From assembly GCA_038279365.1 (NCBI GenBank), contig JAYODI010000049.1, positions 9,532 through 43,731 of the forward strand: a DNA stretch of 34,200 nt. The letters are read 5' to 3'. Below are positions 9,111-18,400 of the stretch, piece after piece. Numbering within the stretch: position 1 is the first letter of the stretch; the number at the start of each line of letters is the position of its first letter. A model generated the notes under the pieces. The model was not told the origin of the DNA and did no database searches. It saw only the letters and a list, made by a program, of their open reading frames with translations. This DNA comes from Candidatus Latescibacterota bacterium. GTDB taxonomy: Bacteria > Latescibacterota > UBA2968. The translations under genes and the position numbers were made by a program.

Positions 9111-9559
9111 CTTATACAATTTGCAACATTCGCGATAAAATATTGTTAAATAAAGAATAACATGCTTAATGACGCGACCACCAATAGCCAACGCATAATA
9201 GGTGTTGATCGGTTAGGGTGTTGTTGGTGTGTAATTTCTGGTCGTAAAATGGTTTCTGATGCATCACTGACAAAAGGTGACGAATCACTGTCCATGGGGG
9301 TATGTCTTGGCATTTCGGCGCTCCTTAAAATGAGGGAGATTTGTGGGGATCGCCACCGCAGCACTGTTTGCGCCACACAATAAATGTAAAAAAAAGGGTC
9401 GTGAAACCATGTGATGGGGCACACATTGGATGAAAAAAAGTAATCAAATGAATAGACGCATTGATCGCCTCATGGGTTTCACAGCATTAAATTCTTCACA
9501 AGTATAGACAATAATATGGTACGAGACAATATGTGATCATCAGATTTTACAATTATTTA

Positions 9560-9631
9560 ACAAAAGAAAAGGGTGCCGCTCCATCCTGGATCGGCACCCT
9601 TCGGCGTCCTGCCGTGTTATTCTAAGCTCAC
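9560..9631 (-). ncRNA. Candidate sigma28-dependent CsrA/RsmA-binding small RNA (~70 nt)
   Basis: - strand reads ...aataacaCGGC-AGGAC-GCCG aagggtgccgaTCC-AGGAT-GGAgcggcaccctt ttcttttg. This gives two hairpins with AGGA in the loop; the second doubles as a terminator with a U tract. It sits just downstream of a sigma28-type promoter. Confidence 0.65.
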
Positions 9632-9636
9632 TAATA

Positions 9637-9663
9637 TTATCGTCAGATTTGAAGATGTCTTTA
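9637..9663 (-). promoter_or_regulatory. Sigma28 (FliA/SigD)-type promoter
   Basis: - strand TAAA-gacatcttcaaatct (exactly 15 nt)-GACGATAA versus consensus TAAA-N15-GCCGATAA (1 mismatch). AT-rich DNA lies upstream. Confidence 0.7.
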
Positions 9664-9935
9664 ATAAATAATTCTAAATAACTCTACTTTGTAACATTTA
9701 TTACTATTTTAATATTTTAGGATGGTAAATATAGTAAATAATGGATTGATATTTTGGGATAAATGATTGTATATTCGTCATCATAAGGGAGCCGCTGAGA
9801 CCAACGGTTCAATCATTGAAACATCACATTTTGTGTTTGTTTGGCGTTTTGGATGTGTTGATAGATGGTTGGAGTGTTACCGTAATGTGGTTTCTATTTT
9901 TTTGTACGTTCATTTGGCATCTAAGGGTTTGAAAC

Positions 9936-10085
9936 ATGGCACAACAAAAACAAATTTTTCGCCAAGCGGCATTGGATCGGTTGTCAAGCCCAGATCAATT
10001 GGATCAACTCATGCGGGTGACCACGCCCAAAGGATGGATTGCGCTGATGGCTTTGTGCAGTGTGTTGTTGGCGGCAACCATATAA
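9936..10085 (+). pseudogene. N-terminal fragment of an NHLP/NHLM bacteriocin system secretion protein (HlyD-like membrane fusion protein)
   Basis: Translates as MAQQKQIFRQAALDRLSSPDQLDQLMRVTTPKGWIALMALCSVLLAATI* (49 aa, below the ORF-track cutoff). The FRxxALxRLSSPxQLDQLM.VT.PxGW signature is typical of this family's N-terminus. Confidence 0.75.
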
Positions 10086-10156
10086 AGTATGTGTTCGACT
10101 TTGACAAAGTCGTTGACGGTTTGTTTATGTCCCGTATATTCAAAAGAAATAAGACC

Positions 10157-10273
10157 GTCACAAGTCTCAGGTTAACAAATCACAAGTTTAAAGAAACTGT
10201 CACAAGTCTCAGGTCACCAAGTCACAAGTCTTTTGGTTCTGACCTGTGACTTGCAGACTTGTGACCTGCGACT
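10157..10273. repeat. Inverted heptamer-arm element (GTCACAA/TGACYTG family) upstream of moaA
   Basis: gtcacaa gtctcag ... occurs at 10157 and 10199 (42-nt period). Complementary arm tgacctg tgacttg cagacttg tgacctg cgact at 10240-10273. Confidence 0.85.
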
Positions 10274-10292
10274 GCCTGTTATTGGATATTTT

Positions 10293-11303
10293 ATGTCTTC
10301 TATTCTCGATACCCGAAAACGCCCCGTGCGCGATTTGCGCATTTCTGTAACGGATAAGTGCAATTTTCGATGCCCTTATTGTATGCCGGCAGAGATTTTT
10401 GGGGAGTCGTATGCGTTTTTGCCACGTGAAGAGATTTTGACATTTGAAGAGATTACACGGTTGACGCGGTTGTTTGTGGCGCATGGGGTGAATAAGATTC
10501 GCATTACGGGTGGTGAACCGCTTTTGCGCCGTGATTTGGAAACGTTGATTGGCCAAATTGCAGCGATTGATGGGGTGGACGATTTGACGCTGACGACCAA
10601 TGGCTATTTGTTGGCCGATAAGGCGCAGGCGTTGAAGGATGCGGGATTGCATCGGTTAACGATGAGTTTGGATGCGATTGATGATGCGACCTTTAATATT
10701 ATGAGTGGACGCACACATGGGGCAGATCGCACATTGGCAGGCATTGCGGCGGCAGAAGCGGTGGGTTTTGCGCCCATTAAGATCAATGCGGTGATTCAGC
10801 GTGGGGTAAATGATCATATGGTTGTGGATCTGGCTCGGCATTTTCACGGCTCAGGTCATATTTTGCGTTTTATTGAGTTTATGGATGTGGGCAATCGGAA
10901 CAATTGGAAGATGGATCAGGTGGTGTCTGCGGCAGAGATTATTGAGCGTATTCACGCGGTGTTGCCTTTGGAACCGATTGAGCCCAATTATCGGGGTGAA
11001 GTGGCCAAGCGGTATCGGTATGTGGATGGAGGCGGTGAAATTGGGCTGATTGCGTCGGTGACACAGCCATTTTGTGGGGATTGTACGCGGGCGCGGTTAT
11101 CGACCGATGGCAAGATTTATACGTGTTTGTTTGCCTCCGAAGGCCACGATTTGCGCGATTTGATGCGGTCGGGGGTGTCAGATGAGGCCGTGAGCAAGCG
11201 GATTGTAGAGATTTGGACGGCGCGTGCAGATCGGTATTCGGAGGTGCGGTTTGATCACACGCCGGAAGCGCGGAAGGTGGAGATGTATCAAATTGGTGGA
11301 TAA
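10293..11303 (+). CDS. moaA: GTP 3',8-cyclase (molybdenum cofactor biosynthesis, radical SAM)
   Basis: LRISVTDKCNFRCPYC, RITGGEPLLR, TTNG, RFIEFMDVG, FCGDCTRARL...TCLF, C-terminal IGG. Confidence 0.97.
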   Translation: MSSILDTRKRPVRDLRISVTDKCNFRCPYCMPAEIFGESYAFLPREEILTFEEITRLTRLFVAHGVNKIRITGGEPLLRRDLETLIGQIAAIDGVDDLTLTTNGYLLADKAQALKDAGLHRLTMSLDAIDDATFNIMSGRTHGADRTLAGIAAAEAVGFAPIKINAVIQRGVNDHMVVDLARHFHGSGHILRFIEFMDVGNRNNWKMDQVVSAAEIIERIHAVLPLEPIEPNYRGEVAKRYRYVDGGGEIGLIASVTQPFCGDCTRARLSTDGKIYTCLFASEGHDLRDLMRSGVSDEAVSKRIVEIWTARADRYSEVRFDHTPEARKVEMYQIGG

Positions 11304-11327
11304 TGGGTCATTGGGTGTTTCATTGCC

Positions 11328-11399
11328 GTAGGGGCACGGTTCCCGTGCCCTGTCTTTCATCAGGTGATTTATTTGTGGGCGCGGGCACCGCGCCCTTAC
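11328..11399. repeat. GTAG-type REP doublet (REPIN-like), copy 2
   Basis: gtaggggcacggttcccgtgccc ... gggcgcgggcaccgcgcccttac. The second half read on the - strand is gtaagggcgcggtgcccgcgccc. Confidence 0.8.
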
Positions 11400-11671
11400 G
11401 GTGAATGGGCTTACGCAGGCGATTTGGGAGGTGGGTCAATAATAGGTTGTCCATTTGCCTGCGAAAATCATCCATATACATTTGGTGTTTCAGGGTCTCA
11501 TGGGGCGAGGATATTTCGCCTTTGTGAGCTGTTTTTGTTGGATGTGTTCTGATGGATTTCTGCTTGACAAATTGTTATAATTGCTTAATTTTCACTCATT
11601 CTTTACATTCTATGTATTTCTGATCTGAAAAGTCAACAATAAATTTCTCCCTCTTCAACAGGTGGTGTAAG

Positions 11672-13909
11672 ATGAGTGTGCAAAGTTGGAAAGAGAAGCT
11701 CGATGGGCAATTGCCCGAAGATATGAGTGCCGAAATTGATACATTCGAGGCACAAATTGAGCAAAAGAAAGGCGGTCAAATTGAAGACCGTGTTTTTGCC
11801 GAAACGCGTTTGCGCCGTGGTACATATGGTCAGCGCTATGACAATGGCCAGCGTTTTGATGGCCAAGTGACCAAACGGCTCAAATTCCCAGCGGGTGAGT
11901 TGTTTAAAGGCCCAGATACCTATTGGGATGCGCCGGGTATGCAACGCATTAAGATTCCTTTTGGTGGGCTCACTGCCGATCAGTTGGATGTGATGGCCGA
12001 TTTGGCTGAAGAATATTCAGATGATATTTTGCACATTACCACGCGTCAAGATGTACAATTGCACTTTATACATATTGAAGATACGCCCGATTTGATGCGT
12101 CGGTTGGCGTCTGTGGGCATTACCACGCGTGAAGCTTGTGGCAACTCAGTGCGCAATATCACAGCGTGCCCCATTTCGGGTGTGTGCCGCACCGAAACCT
12201 TTGATGTAACGCCTTATTCGAAGGCATTGGCGGCCTTTTTGTTGGGGCATCCTGATTGCCAAGATTTTGGTCGCAAATTTAAAATTGCCTTTTCGGGCTG
12301 TGCCCACGAAGCGTGTGGCTTAACCAGCATGCACGATATGGGCTTTATTGCCAAAATGCAAGATGGCAAAGTGGGTTTTGAAACGTATGTGGGCGGTGGT
12401 TTGGGGGCCGTGCCTTATCAGGCCAAATTGTTTGCAGACTTTTTGCCTGCCGAAGAAGTTTTGCCCATGGCCCAGGCGGTTTGTCGTGTGTTTGCGCGGT
12501 TGGGTGAAAAGCAAAACCGTGCGCGTGCCCGCGTAAAGTTTTTGTTGGCCAAACTTGGGCTTGAAGAGTTCCAGCGTTTGGTGGCTGAAGAGCGCAAAAT
12601 TTTGCCACACGACGATGCTTGGACGTCTTATTTGGACGATTTGGATTCTTATAAAGAAGAGCCCCTTAAAATTGCGGCTCCGCTCAATGGTGCGGTGCGC
12701 CCCGAAGGTTTTGATGCATGGGCGGCGACCAATGTGTATAAACAACGCCAAGCAGGGTATGCGGCTGTAACGGTGTCGTTGCCTTTGGGCGATATGACGT
12801 CTGATCAGGCGCGTGCATTGGCCGATTTGGCACGTAAATATGTGAAGGATACCATTCGCACAACGGTTGAGCAGAATATTATTTTGCGTTGGGTGAGTGA
12901 ATCGGATTTGGTTCAGCTTTACAGCGAGCTTGTTGCCTTAGGTTTGGGTGAACCGGGTGCGGGTACCATTGTGGATGTGGTGGCTTGCCCTGGCACCGAC
13001 ACGTGCAAATTGGGCATTTCGTCTTCACGTGGTTTGGCCGGTGAGTTGCGCACACGTTTGGCGGCTCAGAGCATGAATTTGGATGAGTCGATTAAAAACT
13101 TCCGCATTAAGATTAGTGGGTGTTTCAACTCTTGTGGGCAACACCACGTGGCCGATTTGGGTTTTTATGGCAACAGTCGCAAAGTGAATGGTTATACCGT
13201 GCCTCATTTCCAAGTTGTGTTGGGTGGCCAATGGACTGAAAATGCGGGTTCTTATGGTTTGGCAATGGGCGCTGTGCCGTCTAAAAATGTGCCCGCCGTG
13301 ATAGAACGCATTACGGGCAGTTATGTATCTGGTCGGCAGGGTGATGAAAGTTTTCAGGACTATGTGAAGCGCATTGGCAAAAAAGAAGTGAAAGATATGT
13401 TAAGCGACTTGACTTCTGTACCTGCGCACGATGTGGATCCTTCGTTTTATGTCGATTGGGGCGAAAGCCGCGAATATACTGTAGGCGATATGGGCAAGGG
13501 TGAGTGTGCGGGTGAAGTGGTCTCGTTGGTTGAGTTTGAACTGTCTGGATGTGAAACAGAAGCTTTTGAAGCCCAACTGCGCTTGGATGAAGGCAAATAT
13601 CAAGAAGCATACGAAACGGCCTACCGTGCGATGTTGCATGCAGCAAAAGCATTGGTGCGCACACAGTGGTTTGATGTACCAGAAACACCCGATGTGGTGA
13701 TTAAAGAATTTCGGGAGCGTTTTTGCGATACAGAGTTGTTTTATAACCAGTTTGCTGGTGCGAAATTTGCCAACTATCTGTTCCGTGTGCATGAAGAAGA
13801 AATTGCGAAGTATACGCAAGATGTGGCGCATCAGGTGGTTGAAGAAGCGCAGCTCTTTATTGAACAGGCATATGCCTGCTATGGTCGTATGAACGTTGTG
13901 AATGCTTAA
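11672..13909 (+). CDS. Siroheme/[4Fe-4S] nitrite/sulfite reductase (probably ferredoxin-dependent) with C-terminal HEPN-like domain
   Basis: MQRIKIPFG, HITTRQDVQLH, ACGNSVRN, RKFKIAFSGC, VACPGTDTCKLG, IKISGCFNSCGQH. Extra helical tail (AYETAYRAMLHAAKALV). Confidence 0.9.
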   Translation: MSVQSWKEKLDGQLPEDMSAEIDTFEAQIEQKKGGQIEDRVFAETRLRRGTYGQRYDNGQRFDGQVTKRLKFPAGELFKGPDTYWDAPGMQRIKIPFGGLTADQLDVMADLAEEYSDDILHITTRQDVQLHFIHIEDTPDLMRRLASVGITTREACGNSVRNITACPISGVCRTETFDVTPYSKALAAFLLGHPDCQDFGRKFKIAFSGCAHEACGLTSMHDMGFIAKMQDGKVGFETYVGGGLGAVPYQAKLFADFLPAEEVLPMAQAVCRVFARLGEKQNRARARVKFLLAKLGLEEFQRLVAEERKILPHDDAWTSYLDDLDSYKEEPLKIAAPLNGAVRPEGFDAWAATNVYKQRQAGYAAVTVSLPLGDMTSDQARALADLARKYVKDTIRTTVEQNIILRWVSESDLVQLYSELVALGLGEPGAGTIVDVVACPGTDTCKLGISSSRGLAGELRTRLAAQSMNLDESIKNFRIKISGCFNSCGQHHVADLGFYGNSRKVNGYTVPHFQVVLGGQWTENAGSYGLAMGAVPSKNVPAVIERITGSYVSGRQGDESFQDYVKRIGKKEVKDMLSDLTSVPAHDVDPSFYVDWGESREYTVGDMGKGECAGEVVSLVEFELSGCETEAFEAQLRLDEGKYQEAYETAYRAMLHAAKALVRTQWFDVPETPDVVIKEFRERFCDTELFYNQFAGAKFANYLFRVHEEEIAKYTQDVAHQVVEEAQLFIEQAYACYGRMNVVNA

Positions 13910-13916
13910 TAAAACA

Positions 13917-14004
13917 AGCGGTCAGCGATTAGCAATCAGCAATCAGTGATCTTTTGCAAAAAAGATAAACTTGAATGTTGTGGGCTGAATGTCTGGAAGC
14001 TGAA
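13917..14004. repeat. Inverted heptamer-arm element (AGCRATY family)
   Basis: agcggtc agcgatt agcaatc agcaatc agtgatc, a central atctttt/aaaagat hairpin, and a degenerate right arm gctgaat...gctgaa. Confidence 0.7.
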
Positions 14005-14018
14005 AATTTGAGGGCTTT

Positions 14019-14594
14019 ATGGATACACATAAAATTGGCGTGAAGTTTTATTTTGAAAAAGGTCAAGATGTGGCACCCGAAGTGTGGTTTAAGACCTTTA
14101 ATACCTGGATATCGGCCCACGAGGGTCCAGATGTTTTGATTGATGTGGTGGATTATCACCATGTTAAAAATGGCCCAGTAACTTTGTTGGTAGCTCATGA
14201 ATATGACATCAGCATCGACGATGGCGATGGCCGACGGGGTTTGTTCTTTAGTCGGAAACAACCCACCGAAGGAAATTTTTTGGCGCGTTTGTCATCGGCC
14301 GTCAAACAAACCTGTGAAATATGCCAACGCATCGAAACCGATGGCAATGTGGGCAGTCAGGTGGCATTTGATGGCAGTGAAGTGCGTTTGGTGTTAAATG
14401 ACCGGCTGTTGGCTCCCAATACAGAGGAAACGCTGCAAGCTATTCAGGCCGATTTGGATGCCGTATTGGGCAAAGCATATGGCGGTGCCAAGGTGTCTGT
14501 TGCGCGTCGTAAGGATGTGAAAGCACGTTTTACATTGGATGTGAAGGCCGATGGGAACTGGTCTGTTGATCAGGTGCTTAAAAACCTTTCATAA
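14019..14594 (+). CDS. Conserved hypothetical protein linked to the nitrite/sulfite reductase
   Basis: 191-aa ORF with genome-typical codon usage and a GAGG RBS. Motif-like stretches FNTWI, LIDVVDYHHVKNGP, LVAHEYD, NDRLLAPNT. Confidence 0.8.
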   Translation: MDTHKIGVKFYFEKGQDVAPEVWFKTFNTWISAHEGPDVLIDVVDYHHVKNGPVTLLVAHEYDISIDDGDGRRGLFFSRKQPTEGNFLARLSSAVKQTCEICQRIETDGNVGSQVAFDGSEVRLVLNDRLLAPNTEETLQAIQADLDAVLGKAYGGAKVSVARRKDVKARFTLDVKADGNWSVDQVLKNLS

Positions 14595-14680
14595 GTCGTC
14601 CATGCACGTAGACTTTTTGCTTTGAAATATGGGTCTTAACCCTTTAATTCTTGCTTTGTGATCTAATTTTGGCACAATGC

Positions 14681-14708
14681 TTGACAAAACTATCATAATA
14701 CTTATATT
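14681..14708 (+). promoter_or_regulatory. Putative sigma70 promoter for the ferredoxin gene
   Basis: TTGACA (14681-14686), 16-nt spacer, TATATT (14703-14708). Confidence 0.5.
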
Positions 14709-14776
14709 TGGCCGGTGATAAACCGGCTAAATATTGAGGTGTTGAAAAACACAGATTTTAGGAAAGGGGTGCAAAA

Positions 14777-15040
14777 ATGGCCTATATCATCGCGGAACCG
14801 TGCGTTGATGTTATGGATCGGGCCTGTGTGGAGGTCTGTCCGGTAGACTGCATCTATGAACCAGATGCAACCAATTTGCCGGAAGATGAGCGAAAAAATA
14901 TGCTCTATATCCATCCGGAAGAATGTATCGACTGTGGTGCTTGTGAACCAGAATGCCCAGTTGAAGCGATCTTTGCTGAAGAAGATACACCGGAAGAATG
15001 GAAAGAGTACATCGAGATCAACGCAAAGGCATTTGAGTAA
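14777..15040 (+). CDS. Ferredoxin, 7Fe ([3Fe-4S]+[4Fe-4S]) FdxA-like type
   Basis: [20 protein letters not shown] (C-x7-C-x3-CP) and [16 protein letters not shown], with an acidic C-terminal tail ([15 protein letters not shown]). Confidence 0.93.
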   Translation: MAYIIAEPCVDVMDRACVEVCPVDCIYEPDATNLPEDERKNMLYIHPEECIDCGACEPECPVEAIFAEEDTPEEWKEYIEINAKAFE

Positions 15041-15068
15041 AAGGCATTATTTGTTGTCTGTAGGTATA

Positions 15069-15107
15069 GAAAATGCCAGGGTCAATTTTATAGATCCTGG
15101 CATTTTC
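15069..15107. terminator. Hairpin terminator after the ferredoxin gene
   Basis: gaaaatgccagggtc / gatcctggcattttc. Confidence 0.7.
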
Positions 15108-15489
15108 ATGTCGCAAAACCTATTTGTCTCCCAGACAAAATAGCAAAGCGTTCGCTGTGTATCATAAGCCATCCAAGTTTTAACATCAATTTTTCAATTA
15201 TAAAGATCATTTTGATAGACACGTGCCCATGTTTTTCAATGGGTACTTGCATGTCTATTCCATTCGTTTTATATTAAAAAATCTTATTTTGTGGCATGAG
15301 TTTGATACGTTTTACTCATGTGCAGGGTTTTGTTTGGTCGGTGTCGTTTTGGATGGGATTGTTTTTGTAAACGTATATATAATTATAAGAAGCATTTATA
15401 GTGTAAAGTACAATAATTCATATCTTTTTTGGTTTTCTTAAGCTATTTAAGAGTTTTGGACACACCATATGTTAGAATGAGGTCGCAAT

Positions 15490-18400
15490 ATGGCATATCC
15501 TCCCAAGCAGGGACTTTATAATCCACGATATGAACGCGATGCCTGTGGTATTGGGTTTGTTGTTAATATTAAGGGTGAAAAGTCTAATCAAATTGTAAAA
15601 ATGGCACTTGAGTCTTTGGTTTGTCTCGATCACCGAGGTGCACGTGGTGCCGAAGACACAACAGGCGATGGTGCGGGTATCTTGTTGCAAATGCCACATG
15701 GTTTTTTTGCACATGCCTGTGAGGGATTGGATATTCCGTTGCCAGAGTTGGGACATTATGGCGTGGGTATGGTTTTTTTGACCGATGATGGCAACCGCAA
15801 TGCACGCAATGAAATTCGCAAGCAGATTGAAAATGTGATTGAAGAAGAAGGGCAAGAAGTGTTGGGGTGGCGCAAGGTGCCCACAGACAATTTTTATTTG
15901 GGTCCCACGTCGCGTGCATCTGAGCCAATTGTGTGGCAAATTTTTGTGGGGCGCAATGCCGAGTTAGAAGATGTGTTGGATTTTGAGCGCAAGTTGTATG
16001 TGATTCGCAAACGCATTACCAACATGATTCGACACGGTGGTATTGATAAGAATTTTTATATTCCAAGTTTGTCTGCCCGTACCATTATTTATAAGGGTAT
16101 GCTCACGCCGATGCAAGTTGCTGAGTTTTATCCAGACTTGCAAGATAGTCGCATGGAGTCGGCCATTGCTTTGGTGCATTCGCGTTTTTCGACCAACACA
16201 TTTCCCAGTTGGGAATTGTCTCACCCTTATCGGTATTTGATTCACAACGGTGAAATCAATACGGTGGGTGGGAATTACAACTGGATGAAAACGCGACAAG
16301 CGATGTTTGAATCTGAGCTTTGGAAAGACGATTTAGAAAAACTGTTTCCCATCATTTATGAAGACGGTTCTGATACGGCTAAATTTGACAATTGTTTTGA
16401 ATTTTTGGCTCTTTCGGGGCGTTCGTTGCCTCATGTGGCCATGATGATGATTCCCGAACCATGGGAAAATCATGAAAGCATGAGCGATGACAAAAAAGCA
16501 TTTTACGAATATCATGCCAGTTTAATGGAACCCTGGGATGGTCCTGCTTCTATTGGCTTTACCGATGGCACCGTTGTGGGTGCGTGTTTGGATCGCAATG
16601 GTTTGCGTCCGTCGCGTTATTATGTGACCAAAGATGATATTTTGATTTTGAGTTCAGAAGCGGGTGTGGTGGATATTGAACCTGAGCGTGTGGCTTACAA
16701 GGGCCGTTTGCAACCTGGGCGCATCTTGCTTATTGATACGCAAAAGGGCAGCATCATTAGTGACGATGAAGCCAAAACACAAATTGCATCAGAACATCCT
16801 TATCGCGAATGGTTGAACCAACACTTGGTGCCGCTTGAAAGCTTAACGGATGTGGATCCTATTGCGCCACCAACCGATCATGCAACCATCTTAAAACGCC
16901 AACAGGCTTTTGGTTATACGTTTGAAGATCTGAAAATTTTCTTAGGCCCCATGTCTCACATTGGGCGTGATCCTGTGGGGTCAATGGGCAATGATGCGCC
17001 TTTGGCTGTGTTGTCGAACAAACCCCATTTGCTTTATAACTATTTTAAACAGTTGTTTGCCCAAGTGACCAACCCGCCTCTTGATCCATTAAAAGAAGAA
17101 GTGATCACATCGGCAGATACCACCATTGGGCCCGAGCGCAACTTGCTCAAACCCGAGCCTGAAAGCTGTCGACAGATTCGTTTAAAAACGCCTGTTATTA
17201 CCAACGAACAGTTGGAAAAGTTGAGCAAGGTCGATCAAGAAGGTTTGCGGGCCACAACGATTCCAATGTTGTTTGATGCCAAAACGGGTGATTTGGAAAA
17301 GGCCATGGATGATTTGTTTGCTGCGGCAGACAAAGCCATTGATGAGGGCTACACCATTTTGATTTTGTCTGACCGTGGTGTCGATCAAGACCATGCGGCC
17401 ATTCCTGCGCTGTTGGCCATGGCGGGGTTGCATCATTATTTGATTCGCGAAGGCAAGCGCACCAAGGTGGGCATTGCCCTTGAATCGGGTGAACCACGCG
17501 AGGTGCATCATTTTTGTTTGCTCATTGGTTATGGTGCACAAGCCATCAATCCTTATATGGCATTTGAGAGTTTGGCCGATATGATTGCCGAAGGCCAATT
17601 GCCCGATATTTCTTATAAAGATGCGGTGAAGGGATATATCAAATCGGCCACCAAGGGTACCATTAAAGTTATGGCAAAAATGGGCATCTCTACGATTAAG
17701 TCTTATCGGGGTGCACAAATATTTGAGGCCATTGGTATTAAACAAGAAGTGATAGATAAGTATTTTACGTGGACCGATTCGCGTGTTGAAGGCATCGGCT
17801 TAGACGTGATTGCGCAAGAAGCATTGGCGCGTCATCACAAAGCTTATCCAGAAATTCCTGTCAATGGCAGCACGCTTGATGTGGGTGGGCAGTATCAATG
17901 GCGGCAAGAAGGTGAACATCACTTGTTTAATCCATTGACCATTCACAAACTTCAGCATGCAGCACGCAACAATGATTTTGGTGTGTATAAAGAATATGCC
18001 CAATTGATTAATGACCAGTCGAAAAACATTGGTACCTTGCGGGGTTTGTTGGGGCTTAAGTTTGCAAAAGAACCCATTCCAATCGAAGAAGTGGAGTCGG
18101 TTGAAGCCATTACAAAACGGTTTAAAAGTGGTGCCATGTCATATGGGTCCATCAGCCAAGAAGCCCACGAAGCTTTGGCCATTGCGATGAACCGTTTGGG
18201 AGCCAAGAGCAACACCGGTGAAGGCGGCGAAGACCCTGCGCGTTACACCTTGGAACCCAATGGAGATTCTAAAAACAGTGCCATTAAGCAAGTGGCGTCG
18301 GGGCGATTTGGTGTGACGAGTCATTATCTTGTTAACGCACAAGAGTTGCAAATTAAAATGGCACAAGGTGCCAAGCCAGGTGAAGGCGGTGAATTGCCGA

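Noticed and set aside
9146-9424. 92-aa - strand ORF with a hydrophobic C-terminus
   Set aside because: No clear RBS or family motif. It could be a small membrane protein but I cannot support it.
9544-9584. Short peptide starting at the AUG inside the second GGA hairpin (MERHPFLLLNNCKI)
   Set aside because: The start codon is buried in the terminator stem and the frame runs through the U tract.
9767-10249. 160-aa ORF from the ORF track
   Set aside because: It overlaps the recognisable NHLP secretion fragment in another frame and runs through heptamer repeats. No protein-like motif.
14670-14684. Sigma54 promoter TGGCACAATGCTTGA upstream of the ferredoxin gene
   Set aside because: The -12 element is GA rather than GC, and the overlapping TTGACA/TATATT sigma70 match explains the site.
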